Below, one piece after another: positions 49,492 through 62,137 of a stretch of DNA of 64,000 nucleotides. Origin of the DNA: Lingula anatina (Eukaryota > Animalia > Brachiopoda); NCBI GenBank assembly GCA_051362555.1, contig CM120648.1, forward strand, positions 9,296,587 to 9,360,586, in the 5' to 3' direction. Within the stretch, counting starts at the first letter, position 1, and each line of letters begins with the position of its first letter. The position numbers and the translations under genes were made by a program. The notes under the pieces are model-generated. The model did no database searches. It saw only the letters and a list, made by a program, of their open reading frames with translations, and had not been told where the DNA came from.

Positions 49492-52398
49492 TCTATGCGT
49501 CCTGTGCAAAAGATCGGTTGTCTCCAAGGCTGAATCTCACGTCATTTTCTCTCAGTGTTGGGGTAAAATCCACTCGCGCTTAGCAGCCGCAGTGTAACTT
49601 ACCGTAGACCAATGTAAACATGCATGTGCCCGCGGAGTGGGGAACGTAAGGAAACAGGTGTATCAATTTCAAAAATTTTAATTATTTTAGCCTGTTTTAT
49701 TTTCCCCCATGCATGCATACAAACAAGTCAACAGCAATAATAATGCTATCTGAATAATATCAAGCATCACATGTCTCTTCAAAGGAACAGCGGAAGCTCT
49801 TCCTAAATGCAGGTGAGGTTTTCACATATCACTTTTACTTACTAGCACTTATCGATTGCCCTGCCACCTGGGGTCAGTTGCGCTGCCTTCAACAGGTCAA
49901 CGCGATCAATAATTTATTTTATAAGAGTCAGAAAAGCATGTAACTTGAGCTGCCTGAGGTAGATTTAACGTCAAAATTCTTTTCTAATGAGCACATTTAA
50001 TATGAAAGAGTGTATCGACGGCGTTGATAAATTATTCATTTCCAACTACAACTCGATTTTGGGTGCCTCCATTTAACTATGATATAGGTTCGGAAAATCG
50101 CCCCAAAATTTTGCGGGGGAAAAAAGGCCAGGGAACTTCGAAAAAAACTTTGAAAACTAGAAATAAGAAGACTCCACAACAATAAGAATACGGTTTTATA
50201 TCAATTAATAACTGTAATGTGATTATAATATATTAAAAAAAAAAAACTAAATCAATGGTAAACACTCCTCCCACCTCTAACTTACTTGTTTGAATGCCAT
50301 ACTCGACGAAGAAGGGGACAACATGCTTTACCTTCAATGCTTAATATCCAGGTTGGGTAGGGGATCGCTTTGTGAAAGATTGGACACTACCATGCGTTAC
50401 AAAACTGTTAGACTATGTGAGGTGCATAAATCATTTCCCTCAAGGCTCTATCATGAACAAATAGGCCTAGAGCACGTTTTGCTCGCCGTTATAATAAACT
50501 GAGGCTTATAATAAACAGGTGGAGAAAATAGGTAAACAAGAGTGAGGGAGAAACGAAATATAACTAATTAAACAAGACATTAACGGCTTCATTACGTAGA
50601 CGTGTTATATGCTGTGTGCGAAATGGATGCGGCTACCGTTATGTTACGCAACCTGTTTGTAACTCTTCGGGCTTTTAAAATCGACAGTAACATAGGAAAA
50701 TACATAGCGTAGACCCATTATAACAGAATTTTGTATCTGAAACAGTTTTCATTAAAATTGTAGGAGTTTAGTTAATTGAACGGGTCGGCATAGGGGTATA
50801 ATGAGGGCATTGACTTGATATGGGAGATAACATGGGCGCATTTACATATCAATAGTTTATTTTTCATTTGGATGAAGTCCTTATCATCCATTTATTTATT
50901 ATCTTTTTAATGCATTTTCTCATTTTTGGAAATAAATCTATTTTATCCATTTCTACTATCTAAACGCGATATTCAAGTAAGACCTGGCATATTTCAAATC
51001 CACTTGTGTTGAGTGCATAAGGGTCGGTGTACTTTATTAAGTAGTCTACAAAGGCATATTGACGAACCTAAATGCAAACGTCATCCTGGTTTAAAATATT
51101 ACTGATCGCTGTACCAGAAATATTGATTAATTGCCCTAGATTGTCCCTGTCCTTATTTCATATTTGACTTTAAATCTAGATCGGAGATAAATCGAATCGA
51201 GAGAAATGCCGATAATAATACAAAATCTGTACCTTTCGAGATGTAGATGGGGAGAACTCTTATCTCACTGTCAACAGTCTAAACAATAACGTAAACTGGA
51301 CGTACTGCAATCATTTTTTGATTGTGTTAGTTGTGTCTCAAGAATATTTTTGGAATGTGTTGGCGCAACAACCGCAATGCGCAATCACCCGAACAAAGCA
51401 TCCTGTTTTGTCTAAAACCGTGTCATCATAACAGCGGCCAAACAGAATGCATAGATTTGTTTGTAATCGGTATTCGAAATGCAGTTCAGGAGGGTCCTGA
51501 CGCCCCCCCCCCCTTCGCTTTCTGAAAAAAATTACACTAATATTCCCCTCTTGAAATTAGAATTTTGACTAGTTGAATCAATGTTCCAAAACGTACCAAA
51601 TCGCACCGTTAGATCCCTGTACGGTTTTAAAGTGGTCGGTTTGCATCGGGTGGTTCTGTTTCTCTGACGTCACTTCGTATCCTGAACAGCTGCACTGTGC
51701 AACTACCGGTATTGCTTATACTTCCGTACAATGCGTCCTTCTTTCTTCATTAACCTAGCTTATGTTTTGATCCACTCGTGCCTAATTTGCAATTAAGGAT
51801 GACCGAAGTGCGTAGATTACCCCACGCATTCGATTTGTTTATTCCAATGGACATTAGGATCACTTTGCCACCGATAACCTATCACAAACCTCCCGAAAAA
51901 CAACTTCTGCTCTGGATATAAATACACTCGATGTTGTGCTATTTTGTCAACCTTATCAACGCGTTTACATGATACACCATAGCAACTGCAAAACTTGTTC
52001 AATCATAATATATAAAAATATGAATGGGCTTTAACATAAAGGTATACCGTTTTGACGCAGTGTTTCCTATGTCAGTAATTATTCAAAGGAACGTTCGTGA
52101 AAGTGGCAACGGTGATTTATTATCCAGACATTTCTTCGATTTGAATACTGGTGCGTTTATTTATTAATATTTGTTTTAAATAAGTGGATTTATAATCCAT
52201 TGTTATGTCAGTTTTGCACTGTTGAGGACCACAATATTTCATGAAGGCAAAGTGATGACGCTGTCTGACAGCGCGTTTTGAATAGGCCTAACACGTGACA
52301 ACGGACAGAAGAAAGTATTTCATCGAAAAGCAGGTTTCATCAATTGCTCGGGTGAAAAAAAAAATCGATATTGTTTTCATAGACCAAAAACGTTCAAA
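49492..52398. promoter_or_regulatory. Divergent (head-to-head) intergenic/promoter region of PDE9 and the DCX-EMAP-like gene
   Basis: Lies between two oppositely oriented start codons, is visibly CpG-richer than the PDE9 introns, and has TGACGTCA at 51665-51672. Transcription start sites were not determined. Confidence 0.55.
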
Positions 52399-53163
52399 AT
52401 GACGGACTTTGGCATAAAAGACATCAACCTTCATATAGGCAACGACACGTTCACCATCAAAGCAGATACACTGGCCAGCGAGAGCGGCGAGATTGACGTC
52501 ACGACACACGTTTTCAAGGAAAATAAAATTAACGGTGAGTGCGAAGAGGAAGACGATGAAATTGAGATCGACGTGTCTGCCATAAAAACGACGGAGATCG
52601 TCAAACGTCCCGTGGCACCCACCCCCAACGCCGAGACAAAATACTCCCCTTACACGACACCAACCCACAGCAGACCATCTTCTAATGACGTCACTGCTGC
52701 TTTGGATAATGAGCAAGACCAAAATCATGACGTCACAGATGACGTCATCGAAGTGGAGCACATAACAATCCCAATTGAAATCCGAGTACCCCAGAAAACA
52801 TACGAACTAATACAGCGTCCCCCTACTGAGGAAACAATCTTTGAAGAAATCGAGGATGAGGAGGGGGAAGAGGAAGAGGGCGATGGCGAAGCAAAGGGTG
52901 GAAACACCACAGACAGAAAAGACAACGCCAAGGATACCTCCGGACAGTCAGACACCTCTGCCGGCCTACCAAGCCAGCTTCGCCGAGCTCTGAGAGAGGA
53001 GATCAGGCAACGCGCAGAATCCGTTCTCGACAGCAGTCGTTATGGAGATACAGTCACCCCTAGTGCTTCCTTGCTACAAGATACTGGAAAACAAAGTCCT
53101 GATGGGAAGAAAGATGCGGCTTCATCAAAAGGAACAGCCGGGAATGATGAGGGAGATAGAAAG
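52399..53163 (+). CDS. DCX-EMAP: DCX-EMAP-like exon 1, acidic low-complexity N-terminus (255 codons)
   Basis: Long GC-richer ORF from an ATG in AAAATG context. Donor AAG|GTTGGG is phase 0 and matches the next exon. Its link to the gene is inferred from phase and position only. Confidence 0.75.
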
Positions 53164-53836
53164 GTTGGGTTTTATATGAATTATCAATTCATAATTGTTC
53201 CACCCCCATCCCCCTCCCTCACCCCCCGATTTCTCTCTTACTCATGCCACCAATAGCTACATATATGATTTTACTTGTTTCGTCTAATTTGGCTTTTTTT
53301 TTAAATGATACCCTCTCCTTTTGGCGGATATGATTTTGCAATATGATCGGGTTTCCGTCGAAACTTGCCGGTTAAATTTTGTCACGATGGAGAAAGCTAG
53401 GTAATATGTTACTGGAATTCAATCACTGCATTGTATCATGTTTACGTCTGATTAAGCCGAAAAAGGTTACCGAGCAGGTGTAATTATACACGTGTCTTGT
53501 ATGGAGAGATGCGGGAAGGGGGGGAGGAGATGTCGGACATAAGATATACAGGGGCGGATTCAGAGATATTTTCTGACAGTCTTCCAAATTATCTTTGTTG
53601 ATCCGTTCGTCATTTTTGACCGTCTTCCGACAGAAAAAAATGGATACCCGTCAATGTAAACTTGAAAATCTGACCGTCTTCCGGAAGACCCAGAATGCGA
53701 GAATATCGAGAATGCGACCCAAAGTGTGTCATCGGAGTATTTTCCTAAAATCCACCTCATTTGCCTTCACAAATTTTTACATGAACGCGCACCTCCATTT
53801 TTTTTTTCAATTAGAAGTGATTCTACCTAGGGCTCT

Positions 53837-54048
53837 CAGTGGCGGATTTAGAGGGGGGGTCAGGGTGGGGGTTCTGAAAATAAATCACACTAATATTCTT
53901 CTCTTTGAATTGGTACTAAAACGTACCAAATAGCACCGTTCGCCCTCTAAAATACCCCAAAAATCTCACGCCAACCGGGAGGGGGGGTAGGCTTCGCATC
54001 CGCAGACCCCCCCCCCCCCCCCTTCAAATAGTCTTGGATCCGCCCCTG
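53837..54048. mobile_element. CAGTGGCGGAT-ended MITE with G/C runs
   Basis: cagtggcggatttagagggggg / ccccc...ttggatccgcccctg. A similar element lies at 578-807. Confidence 0.72.
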
Positions 54049-56749
54049 GCCTCTTACGGGTCAATTTGGATGTAGATTCTGTTTGATGATTAACATCTGT
54101 GTTATTTTAGTATTTTGCTTTAAAAAACGACCAAATTTACCTTAAAACAAATATAGTAAACCCCAATTCATTTTTTCATGTACCAGTACCAGTAGGTCAA
54201 ATGAAGTCAGGTGCATTATGGGTATACTATGTTAGTATAGGTTTTGTTTGATGATCAACACTTGAAGACAGAATACACCTCGACATCGAGGCCAATGAAC
54301 ACATTGTACTAAACCTTAATCCATAAAAACGGTTCTTAAATTATTTTCAACAGTGTGAGAGATGAGAAGAATATTGATCTGCTGTCTGGAAAATCGGTCG
54401 TTAAAAGCATTCACTGTCGTTATACAGATTTCTCCCGGCCTAAATTGAAAATAGGCCCTGGCGCTTTGATAGTCAATAATCTTACTAGTATCGTTTAGTG
54501 GAAACAAGTACATAACTGGTAGATTGTCTTGCCAATAAAGGACCAGCTATACAAATTTGGGATGTAACTAAAGCCTGTAGTTGGATTTATTTACACTCGA
54601 ATCAGTTCGATATTGCAAACAATGGATCGCTATGACGATATCGGGTAGTTCCGTCGGGAGCCCAACCTCTGTAGAAAAAATATCCGAAATCGAACGAGCA
54701 AATTAGATCTACATCTTCAAAAAGGCGTCCCGGAATACACCTTGCATTGGTATTGAATATTTTGCGCTCTTTAAGCGTATCACGTAGTAGGCCTATGGGG
54801 GAGATATTCTGGTGTTTTCGCTCATCTTAAGTGACAAGTAATGTACGACACCATTCGTCAAGGATGGGCTGACTTAATGAGTAAGACGGATTATGATAGA
54901 GGTAGCTGAATATTGAATTGTAGCGTCTGAAGAATAGCTGCGACATATTTTCATGATGGCGCACGGGACGTATCATGGCCGAGGTAGCAACAACAGTTAT
55001 GTACAGGTATGGGGGACGCTGTATTTCTCTCAGTTTATATCTGACTTACGCTGTGTTACCTATATTGTTTAATTTATATCATGCTTTCTCTCTAAGTGGC
55101 GCTTGCGCTATGGTTTTACTTTAAAGGCGCTGAACGCGGGTTTGTTGTTAAAACCTTTAAATCCAAGTGTTGTCATCTAGATACCTAATTTGGGATATAA
55201 TAGGATATTGAGTTGCATTATAATCCCACGGGGAAAACCGCTATTTTCGTGAGTTTGTCAGGTTGATATTGAATGCAATGATTTCCTCGCCGTTTGCAAC
55301 ATATCCTAGAGTCCTTCATATGGATTTCTTTCCAGAAGTTTTCACTGGCCTGTAGTCAGCTTTTTCAAAGAGGGTTCTATTTCTGAAAAAAAAACAACCA
55401 AAAACGGGCCTTTTCATTTTTTTTAAGTTGAGCTAAATTTTGATTAAAATTGGACCTTTTCCGATAAAAAGAGCGTTTTTAAACCCCCCCCCCCCCCTCG
55501 ACAAATTCGATGCGACGTTATAAGGTCCCGCGGAAGGTTTGAAAAACAAACGACACTAAATTATTTAGTGCTCTCATTATTGAACGCCTTAGCTGGCGCT
55601 AATTTACAAAAGCCGTATATGAGCTGTGACGAATGACCCAGAATGACGTCACCAGCATTAAGGACAAATGACATTTAATCAAAATTACTGAAAAGATTGC
55701 ACTGAACTTTTATTGCACGCCTGTCTAATGTTACTCTACCTATGATTTGCTTTCTGAGTTTTGCTTCTTTTAAGTATTATATAGATTTCTAACAAGCGAC
55801 ATACATCAAGCGACATAGTATGTGTAGCGTAAGCAAAGTACCTTACAGCATGTTTCTTGAATCGTGCAAAGAAAAATCAATCAAGAATAACAGTTGAAAA
55901 TTAACTTTTTTACTAAAAGTAGCGTCGATAGGGGATGACAAACACCGTGCCCTTAGAAACAGTTAGTGAGGATTTTTACAAACCTTTTAGAAATTGTAAT
56001 TTTCCCGTAGTGCTGCTACTTGCTAATAAAAAGATTTACAAAATTGTCCTTCGTTTTTTAAAGCTGATTTTAAGGTAAAGTTGCCTTTAAAATTGGCGAA
56101 AGCTGTTAAAACAGGAGTGTCCTTTTTAGTGCTTACTTCTCGTAGCCTACCCTAGGTTCTAGATTTCATATATAACCCACATCAGCAATATCAGCACTGT
56201 AAGGCTACCGCATAAAAAGGTATAGTGAGCAAGCTAGCTTTATAGTGCCCTGACACTCAGGGCCTAGAAGTTCTAGGAATATGAAATGTTATGTATAGAA
56301 TATCAACCCAGATTTTCACAGGACTCTGGAAACCCACTTCTCTGATGTCAACATGCCTCTCAGGCCCGTAGCCAGCGATTTCAAAGGGGGGGGGGGGGGG
56401 GGGCTTTTTCTGCAAAAGTGGACTTTTTAACTTGAAACCTACGTGTGCCTAGATAAAATTTTACCCAGAGTGGGTGCGGATTTGATGTATTGTTCTTCGC
56501 TGCATAGTGCAGGGGTGATACCCTAAGATTTCTCGATTAAAACTATTTTTAAAAAGACCCAAACCATTCTCATGTACAGTGCTTTGAATGAATGTTAAAT
56601 GTAAGTTGACAAAGACAAAGGTAAAATATCTAATCACCCAATCCGCCGACCACCTCCTTCCCACACGCGCGCGCGCGCGCGCGCGCACACACACACACAC
56701 ACACCTCTTACTTTGCCCTTAACAAAATATCATATTTCACATATTCCAG

Positions 56750-57550
56750 AACTATCTCAACCGACGCCAGTTGGTAGGCGGGGTGCCGGTGGAGGGCAAC
56801 GCCTCGGACTATGAGGACGAGGACGACATGGTCTCTGATCACGACGAGATGGATTACGAGATTTACCCCAATCCGCATCTCTCCCGCAACAAGGCCCTCA
56901 CTCGCCCCTACGAGGACGCCGGCCGTTTTGAGGCCTCTAAGCTACGGGAGGCTAAGGACACGGGTCCAAATAAGGGACATGGGCACAAAAAGTTCAGTAA
57001 GCGCGGCAGGCTTGTAACTTTTTACCGTAACGACGACCCACATTTTAAAGGTATTCAAACGGCTGTCAGCCAGAAGTGCTTTGTGTCTTTTGAAACTTTA
57101 TTATCTTGGTTGACGGAAAAGATTCCCCTAACGAAGGGAGTTCGGCATGTGTTTAGCCTCCCCGAGGGGAGAGAGATAACGGACGTTAAGGATTTCGTTG
57201 GTGGTAAAGATTACGTTGTTTCAAACGATAAGAAAATACGTCTCAACGTTCAATACGGCAATTCTAAAGAACAATACTGGAATAACCGTAAGCCATCGGC
57301 AGGGAAATTTCGCAAACACGAAAAGCAATTATTTCTTGGTGAAAACGGAGATGTTTTGTCCACATCAAACCCTTCGCCTCGTATATTGTCCATTATGAGC
57401 AACACGCACAGGAATAGCATAGAAAAGGTGATCCTGAACCCGAAAACGAATCAAACTTTCGAAGAGATGTTGGAGGACATTACTGCAATGCTCAAGCTGC
57501 TAAAACCACCGGTGACCAGCCTTTATACAGCCAAGGAACCTTTTAGGAAG
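56750..57550 (+). CDS. DCX-EMAP: DCX-EMAP-like exon 2: first DCX domain and most of the second
   Basis: Acceptor TTCCAG, donor GTAGGT, 801 nt. VTFYRNDDPHFKG..SFETLL..LT..GVRHVFS..G..I....F..G..YVVS is a doublecortin pattern. PRILSI..KVILNPKT.QTFEEML.DIT starts the second repeat. Confidence 0.93.
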
Positions 57551-57645
57551 GTAGGTGTCCAAATTGCGGAGGTTGAAGTATTGGTTTATATGTGTGGCCA
57601 TCCTGTAGATTTTCAGGCTCGAATGGCCATCACTTTCACTTGTAA

Positions 57646-57818
57646 GAGCGCATTCCGAACAGTGGACTAACAGATCAGCGGATCAAATATAGCAGACCTT
57701 TTTGAATGTTTGTTGCGTAATCCCCGCGGGGAACCTATTCAGTGTCAAGCGGCAAGCTTTTAAGTCGGTGGCCATATTTGATCCGCGGATCAGTTTGTCC
57801 GCTGTTCTGAATGACCTC
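57646..57818. mobile_element. MITE family D, TAA TSD
   Basis: gagcgcattccgaacagtggactaac / gtttgtccgctgttctgaatgacctc. Relatives lie at 341-532, about 48078-48135 and about 12158-12361. Confidence 0.8.
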
Positions 57819-59969
57819 TAATTAATGAAATCAGGACAGCAGTAGAATTGTTTTCCTCCAGCTCCCTTGTGAACTTGATGTTACGGTCCTGGATGTTGAA
57901 ATAGTCGGAGATAGCGGTCACGTGGTCTCTGTGGTATCTACATATCTCAACCAAAGGCGAGGAGGTTTGGGCATGGTCCCTCAATACGGCTTCTTCAAAG
58001 TTCCCCATATACAGATTGGTCAATAATTTTATGCATTCGTGAAAGGTCAAAACAAAAGTTACAAGTGCACAAACCATTTTAAACGTGGTATAACTGCCAA
58101 TTACTACCGTTGGATTAATAACCCGCAATTGTCGTGGAACTATTTAAAAACCCTTTGTCGCAAAAAAGTGTTATTATATGGAAACTATACCACGAACGTT
58201 ATTTTTATTAGCCCCTGTTATTCACAACTACAACAGATACGTCCATAGCTAATTGAACTTGAATGTACTTGATTTCGTTGAAGGTGATCCGCTAGTTTGA
58301 TTAAGAAATCACGATAAGTTGCGCAGCGTTTTAGATACATGCATATGATGATTCTGACATCGCACACACGAAGGGAAACGTTTAGAAAAGAAGATCAAAA
58401 TCCAAATTTTCTCCTTATTTTTTGATTGACGTTTTTTTTTTTTTTTTTATTTCTTGTTGGACGGAAATATGCAAAGATATGTCTGTAAACATCTATCTGT
58501 ATGTGATCCTGGTGGACTTAATAGTAGCTTAAAATACCGTTTAGCAGGCAAAATGTTGTTTACAAAACGCTTCAACCCTCTCCATTTCGGCAACTAGGGC
58601 TTTTCGATATCCTAGAATGACCCAAGCGCTCATTGCAGTCTCTTGCACGTAAACGTAATATCCATTTCGATTTCCACAAATGGCGCCCTGAGTTTCGAGG
58701 TTTTATTTATACCAACCCCATTGAACGGTAACAGTTAAAGGCACACTGCACACTTTGTCCCAGGGTGTCTGTTGGCTAATTATTAACAATTTCTTACACA
58801 CTGAATCTGCAAATTTTTCAGTCTGTCAAGCTGTCTGCGCTTAATATTAATAGTATAATATCCGCCCCTGACGGCAACATCAAGAAACAATGGTTGATCT
58901 TGACCTATCGTTTCCAATGGGTCCCCTTCGGAGACTGGGCTTTAATATATTCTCAAATAAAAAGCTTTGGTGCAAAAACTCTTATTTTCATAAAAAAAAG
59001 AAAGAAAAAAAGAAACCTCGAGTACACGTGCCCTTATTTTCCTTCCATCTGATTGAACCAGTTGCGGTAGGTGCCTATCAGCATAAGAGTAAGTAAATTC
59101 AGTGAAGGGTGAAGTAAACCTTACCTTCTTTGTACTTTCTCTTGAGGTAGGAGCTGTAAAGAGGATATTATTTTTAAAAAATGATAATAATAATAATAAT
59201 AATTATAAGAAGAAGAAGAAGAAGCAAAAGAAGATGAAGAATGACGTATTACGTTATTTTTATCTTTATTTTATTTTTTATTCCTTTTTTTTCACTTGTT
59301 ACGTCAAGTCTTTCAAGATTGATTACGCTGCCGACAAAAAGCCAGCGAATAACATATTTACCGTTGTATTCTTGGATTACGAATATCCGTATTTTTCTTT
59401 TGTAGTGTCAGCGCAAAACATCTTTTCAATTAATTTACTGAAGGCACTTGAGTTTCTAAAGAAATCTTGTTTGATGATTAAATAAAAAACGCTGGTAAAA
59501 TGTTCTCAAATTTCCGATTCAACGACAAAAATAACGTATTTGCACACCGAGTCCACCGTCGTTGAAATTCGGTCAAATAAATAATACAGAGTTGTCAGGG
59601 AGAATCATATTGTAGTGTCAATTGAAAACTTCACGAGTGACTCTCTATATTTACTTTATATAACCAATTATAGGTAAACGCCATAAGCGTTATATTTCTA
59701 GCACCGATGAAATTACATCAAAACAAAGAAGCTGTTTTCTGTAGAAACACGTGGAATAGTGGCTATTTATATAATTGATCACGAAATCGACCAGGTCACC
59801 TCCTCTTATAAGGCGGAAAAGGGCAAATGAATACGTATTTATATACAGTATGTACACAATACTGTGTCCATTGAAAACAAAGAATTGATCATAAAAAGAA
59901 TGCATTGTGTCAGATAGTTATCAGTATTTTATCATTGTGCTATTACTTAATGTTTTCCTTTGTTGGAAT

Positions 59970-60002
<33 letters not shown>

Positions 60003-60025
60003 TTATTTCATATTCTCGTTCATAG

Positions 60026-60229
60026 GTCCAAAGTTTCTCCCAGCTCCACAGGGACTTTAAGGACCACGACCTGTTTATTGCATGTGGGCGTGAGGGGAGG
60101 CCCAAAGAAATGTTGACGAACGCGTTCAGCAAGCGGGAAGCACCCAGTAGTAACTCGAGTAACGACTCGCTCATCACGGGGCAGGCGGCCCTCAGGAAAC
60201 CCAAGAAAATACGAAGACCAAATATCCCA

Positions 60230-60230
<1 letters not shown>
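60026..60230 (+). CDS. DCX-EMAP: DCX-EMAP-like exon 3 (VQSFSQLHRDFKDHDLFIACGREG...), end of the second DCX domain
   Basis: Acceptor CATAG, donor GTAATA, 205 nt. FIACG.E is the typical end of a C-terminal DCX repeat. Confidence 0.9.
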
Positions 60231-60272
<42 letters not shown>

Positions 60273-60679
60273 TCTGTTCTTGCAACTGAAAATTAAATTG
60301 TACATGCACTATAAAAGAGTGAAAGATAAAAGTAACTTAAACGCATTACGATATTATGCCCACTTAAAACATAAAAGAATAATCCAGTGATTAAAATATC
60401 GATTCTACCAACTTCTTTAAAATTGTTCAATGCGATTTAGTTTATACATTTAACAATTATGAGTGCCCATGGAATTTAAGTCCCTGCAGTTCAAATGGGA
60501 GTTATATTTACTAGTTATAGTGTTTTAAGTGTTTTCTAAAGCTATAAGAGGAGGGGTTTCTCTGTCTGTGTGTGTGTGTGGGGGGAGGGGGGTGAGTGGG
60601 TGGGTGTGAGAGCACGCGCTCGCACAAATGTGTGTGTGTGTTGTGCGTGTGTATATAGCCAACCTATTCTGTACTTCAG

Positions 60680-60850
60680 ATTACGAGAGCAACCCCAGTT
60701 TCGTTCGCTCTGTGTCACCTGTCACCCCACAGCCAGCCCGAGGAAACAGCCACCCCAACATAGCCACCAGAAGCAGGATACCCAAGCCCAGGACAAAGGC
60801 CATCATCAAGGCAGGGAGGTCTGTCACGCCCCAGTTTTCCAAGCCTGAAG
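60680..60850 (+). CDS. DCX-EMAP: DCX-EMAP-like exon 4, basic Ser/Pro-rich linker
   Basis: Acceptor CTTCAG, donor GTACGA, 171 nt, phase 1 to 1, open frame. Confidence 0.82.
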
Positions 60851-60867
60851 GTACGAAAAAGCTTATA

Positions 60868-61115
60868 GGGACCATTCCCACAGACATTTGGATCGATCTA
60901 TCTCCCTGGGGAGTCTCACTAAATTGCTATCAACTTAACCGGCTTAAATGTCTGTCACGCCTAGTAAAGCTAGTTAGGGGTTAGTATCTTTACCCCCTAG
61001 TTGATTCGGTAGGCATGACAGACATTTAAGCCGTTTAAGTTGAGAACAATTTAGTGAGACTCCCCAGGGAGTTATACCGATCCAGATGGGTCAATCTAAG
61101 CATGGGAACCCAGTG
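60868..61115. mobile_element. MITE family C copy, almost fully palindromic variant
   Basis: ctccctggggagtctcactaaattg...ttaaatgtctgtca pairs with tgacagacatttaa...caatttagtgagactccccagggag. Confidence 0.8.
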
Positions 61116-61243
61116 AATGAGACTTAAAGTGTAAATGTCGACTCGATGTGGCTTTACAAAGAAGCATATGTATCTGTTTGACAAGGCTGTTTAGTTTAAA
61201 AGCCACCGTCATTTAAAATCAAAACTGAAAACTGTTATTCTAG

Positions 61244-61333
61244 GTGTCGGAAAGAAGAAAACGCAGCGTCTAGGTAAACGACTTGACCACTCAGTGGATG
61301 TCATCAAGGTGGACATCCACGGACGCCGAAGAG
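61244..61333 (+). CDS. DCX-EMAP: DCX-EMAP-like exon 5 (GVGKKKTQRLGKRLDHSVDVIKVDIHGRRR)
   Basis: Acceptor TTCTAG, donor GTGAGC, 90 nt. IKVDIHGRRREFYPP parallels the EML pre-HELP motif VKMF.RGRP..M..P. Confidence 0.85.
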
Positions 61334-61439
61334 GTGAGCGTTCTTCAGACTATGTAACTGTCTATATCATCAGATTTATTTATTTATTTAAAAAACAAGC
61401 TCTTTGAATAGAGGGTTTAAGAGGGTTTAAAGTAAGTTA

Positions 61440-61516
61440 CAGGGTGGTCCATAAAAAACGACCTATTTTACTTTCCATCTCAATTCAAATAGGTCGTTTT
61501 TTTATGGACCACCCTG
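61440..61516. mobile_element. 77-bp Tc1/mariner-type mini-MITE, TA TSD
   Basis: TA-cagggtggtccataaaaaacgacctattt...aaataggtcgttttttatggaccaccctg-TA. Confidence 0.85.
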
Positions 61517-61526
61517 TATTTTATGT

Positions 61527-61940
61527 CACATCCACCAACCTGTGTGAAGTGTAAGGATTTGACGTCGACATCGATTTGCCTTCGATAAGGGTGGAGGAAA
61601 TGTATTAACCTCTATTTGACTATTTGTTTGTTCTTCTGCTTTTCACCAGCCTATCTAAAAATATGAGTAGATTTTGATTAAATAATTCAGAAATGAGCTC
61701 TCCAGTGAAGTGATCAAATTTATGGTAGTGATCCCGATCACCATCTGGACTTTTCATGGGATTCTTCAATTCTTCACCATTGCCAATTTGATCATTTTAA
61801 CTTTCGACTCCAACAAATATTGTAGTTTATCAATTATCTATGAGAATTTAGCTTATTTATTAGTTGGTAAATGATTATTTAATAATAACAAAAATTGAGC
61901 TGCCTTGGCGGAGGTCTGCCCTCTCCGAGTGCTTTGCTAG
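61527..61940 (+). mobile_element. Degenerate HINE-like element related to 32271-32561
   Basis: Shares the 3' end cttggcggaggtctg.nctct..ga..gcttt.ctag. The left boundary is approximate. Confidence 0.6.
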
Positions 61941-61964
61941 CTATAGTCGTTTATGTCTTTCCAG

Positions 61965-62043
61965 AGTTTTATCCACCAACATTGAGTGATGGTAACATCG
62001 ACGACGGGGAGCGTCCCGACAAAAAACTCAGATTGGACTGGGT
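61965..62043 (+). CDS. DCX-EMAP: DCX-EMAP-like exon 6 (EFYPPTLSDGNIDDGERPDKKLRLDW-V)
   Basis: Acceptor TTTCCAG. Ends at the U12-type donor GTATCCTTT. First half of the HELP motif. Confidence 0.92.
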
Positions 62044-62089
62044 GTATCCTTTTTTGCCGAAGGAAACTATGACAAAGCCCCCCCCCCCC

Positions 62090-62137
<48 letters not shown>

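Noticed and set aside
51971-51990. Possible RFX X-box (ccatagcaac) upstream of the DCX-EMAP-like gene
   Set aside because: Only the right half-site matches and the left GTT half is missing, so it is too weak to call.
52288-52955. Antisense ORFs overlapping DCX-EMAP exon 1
   Set aside because: These are shadow frames of a GC-richer coding exon with no independent features.
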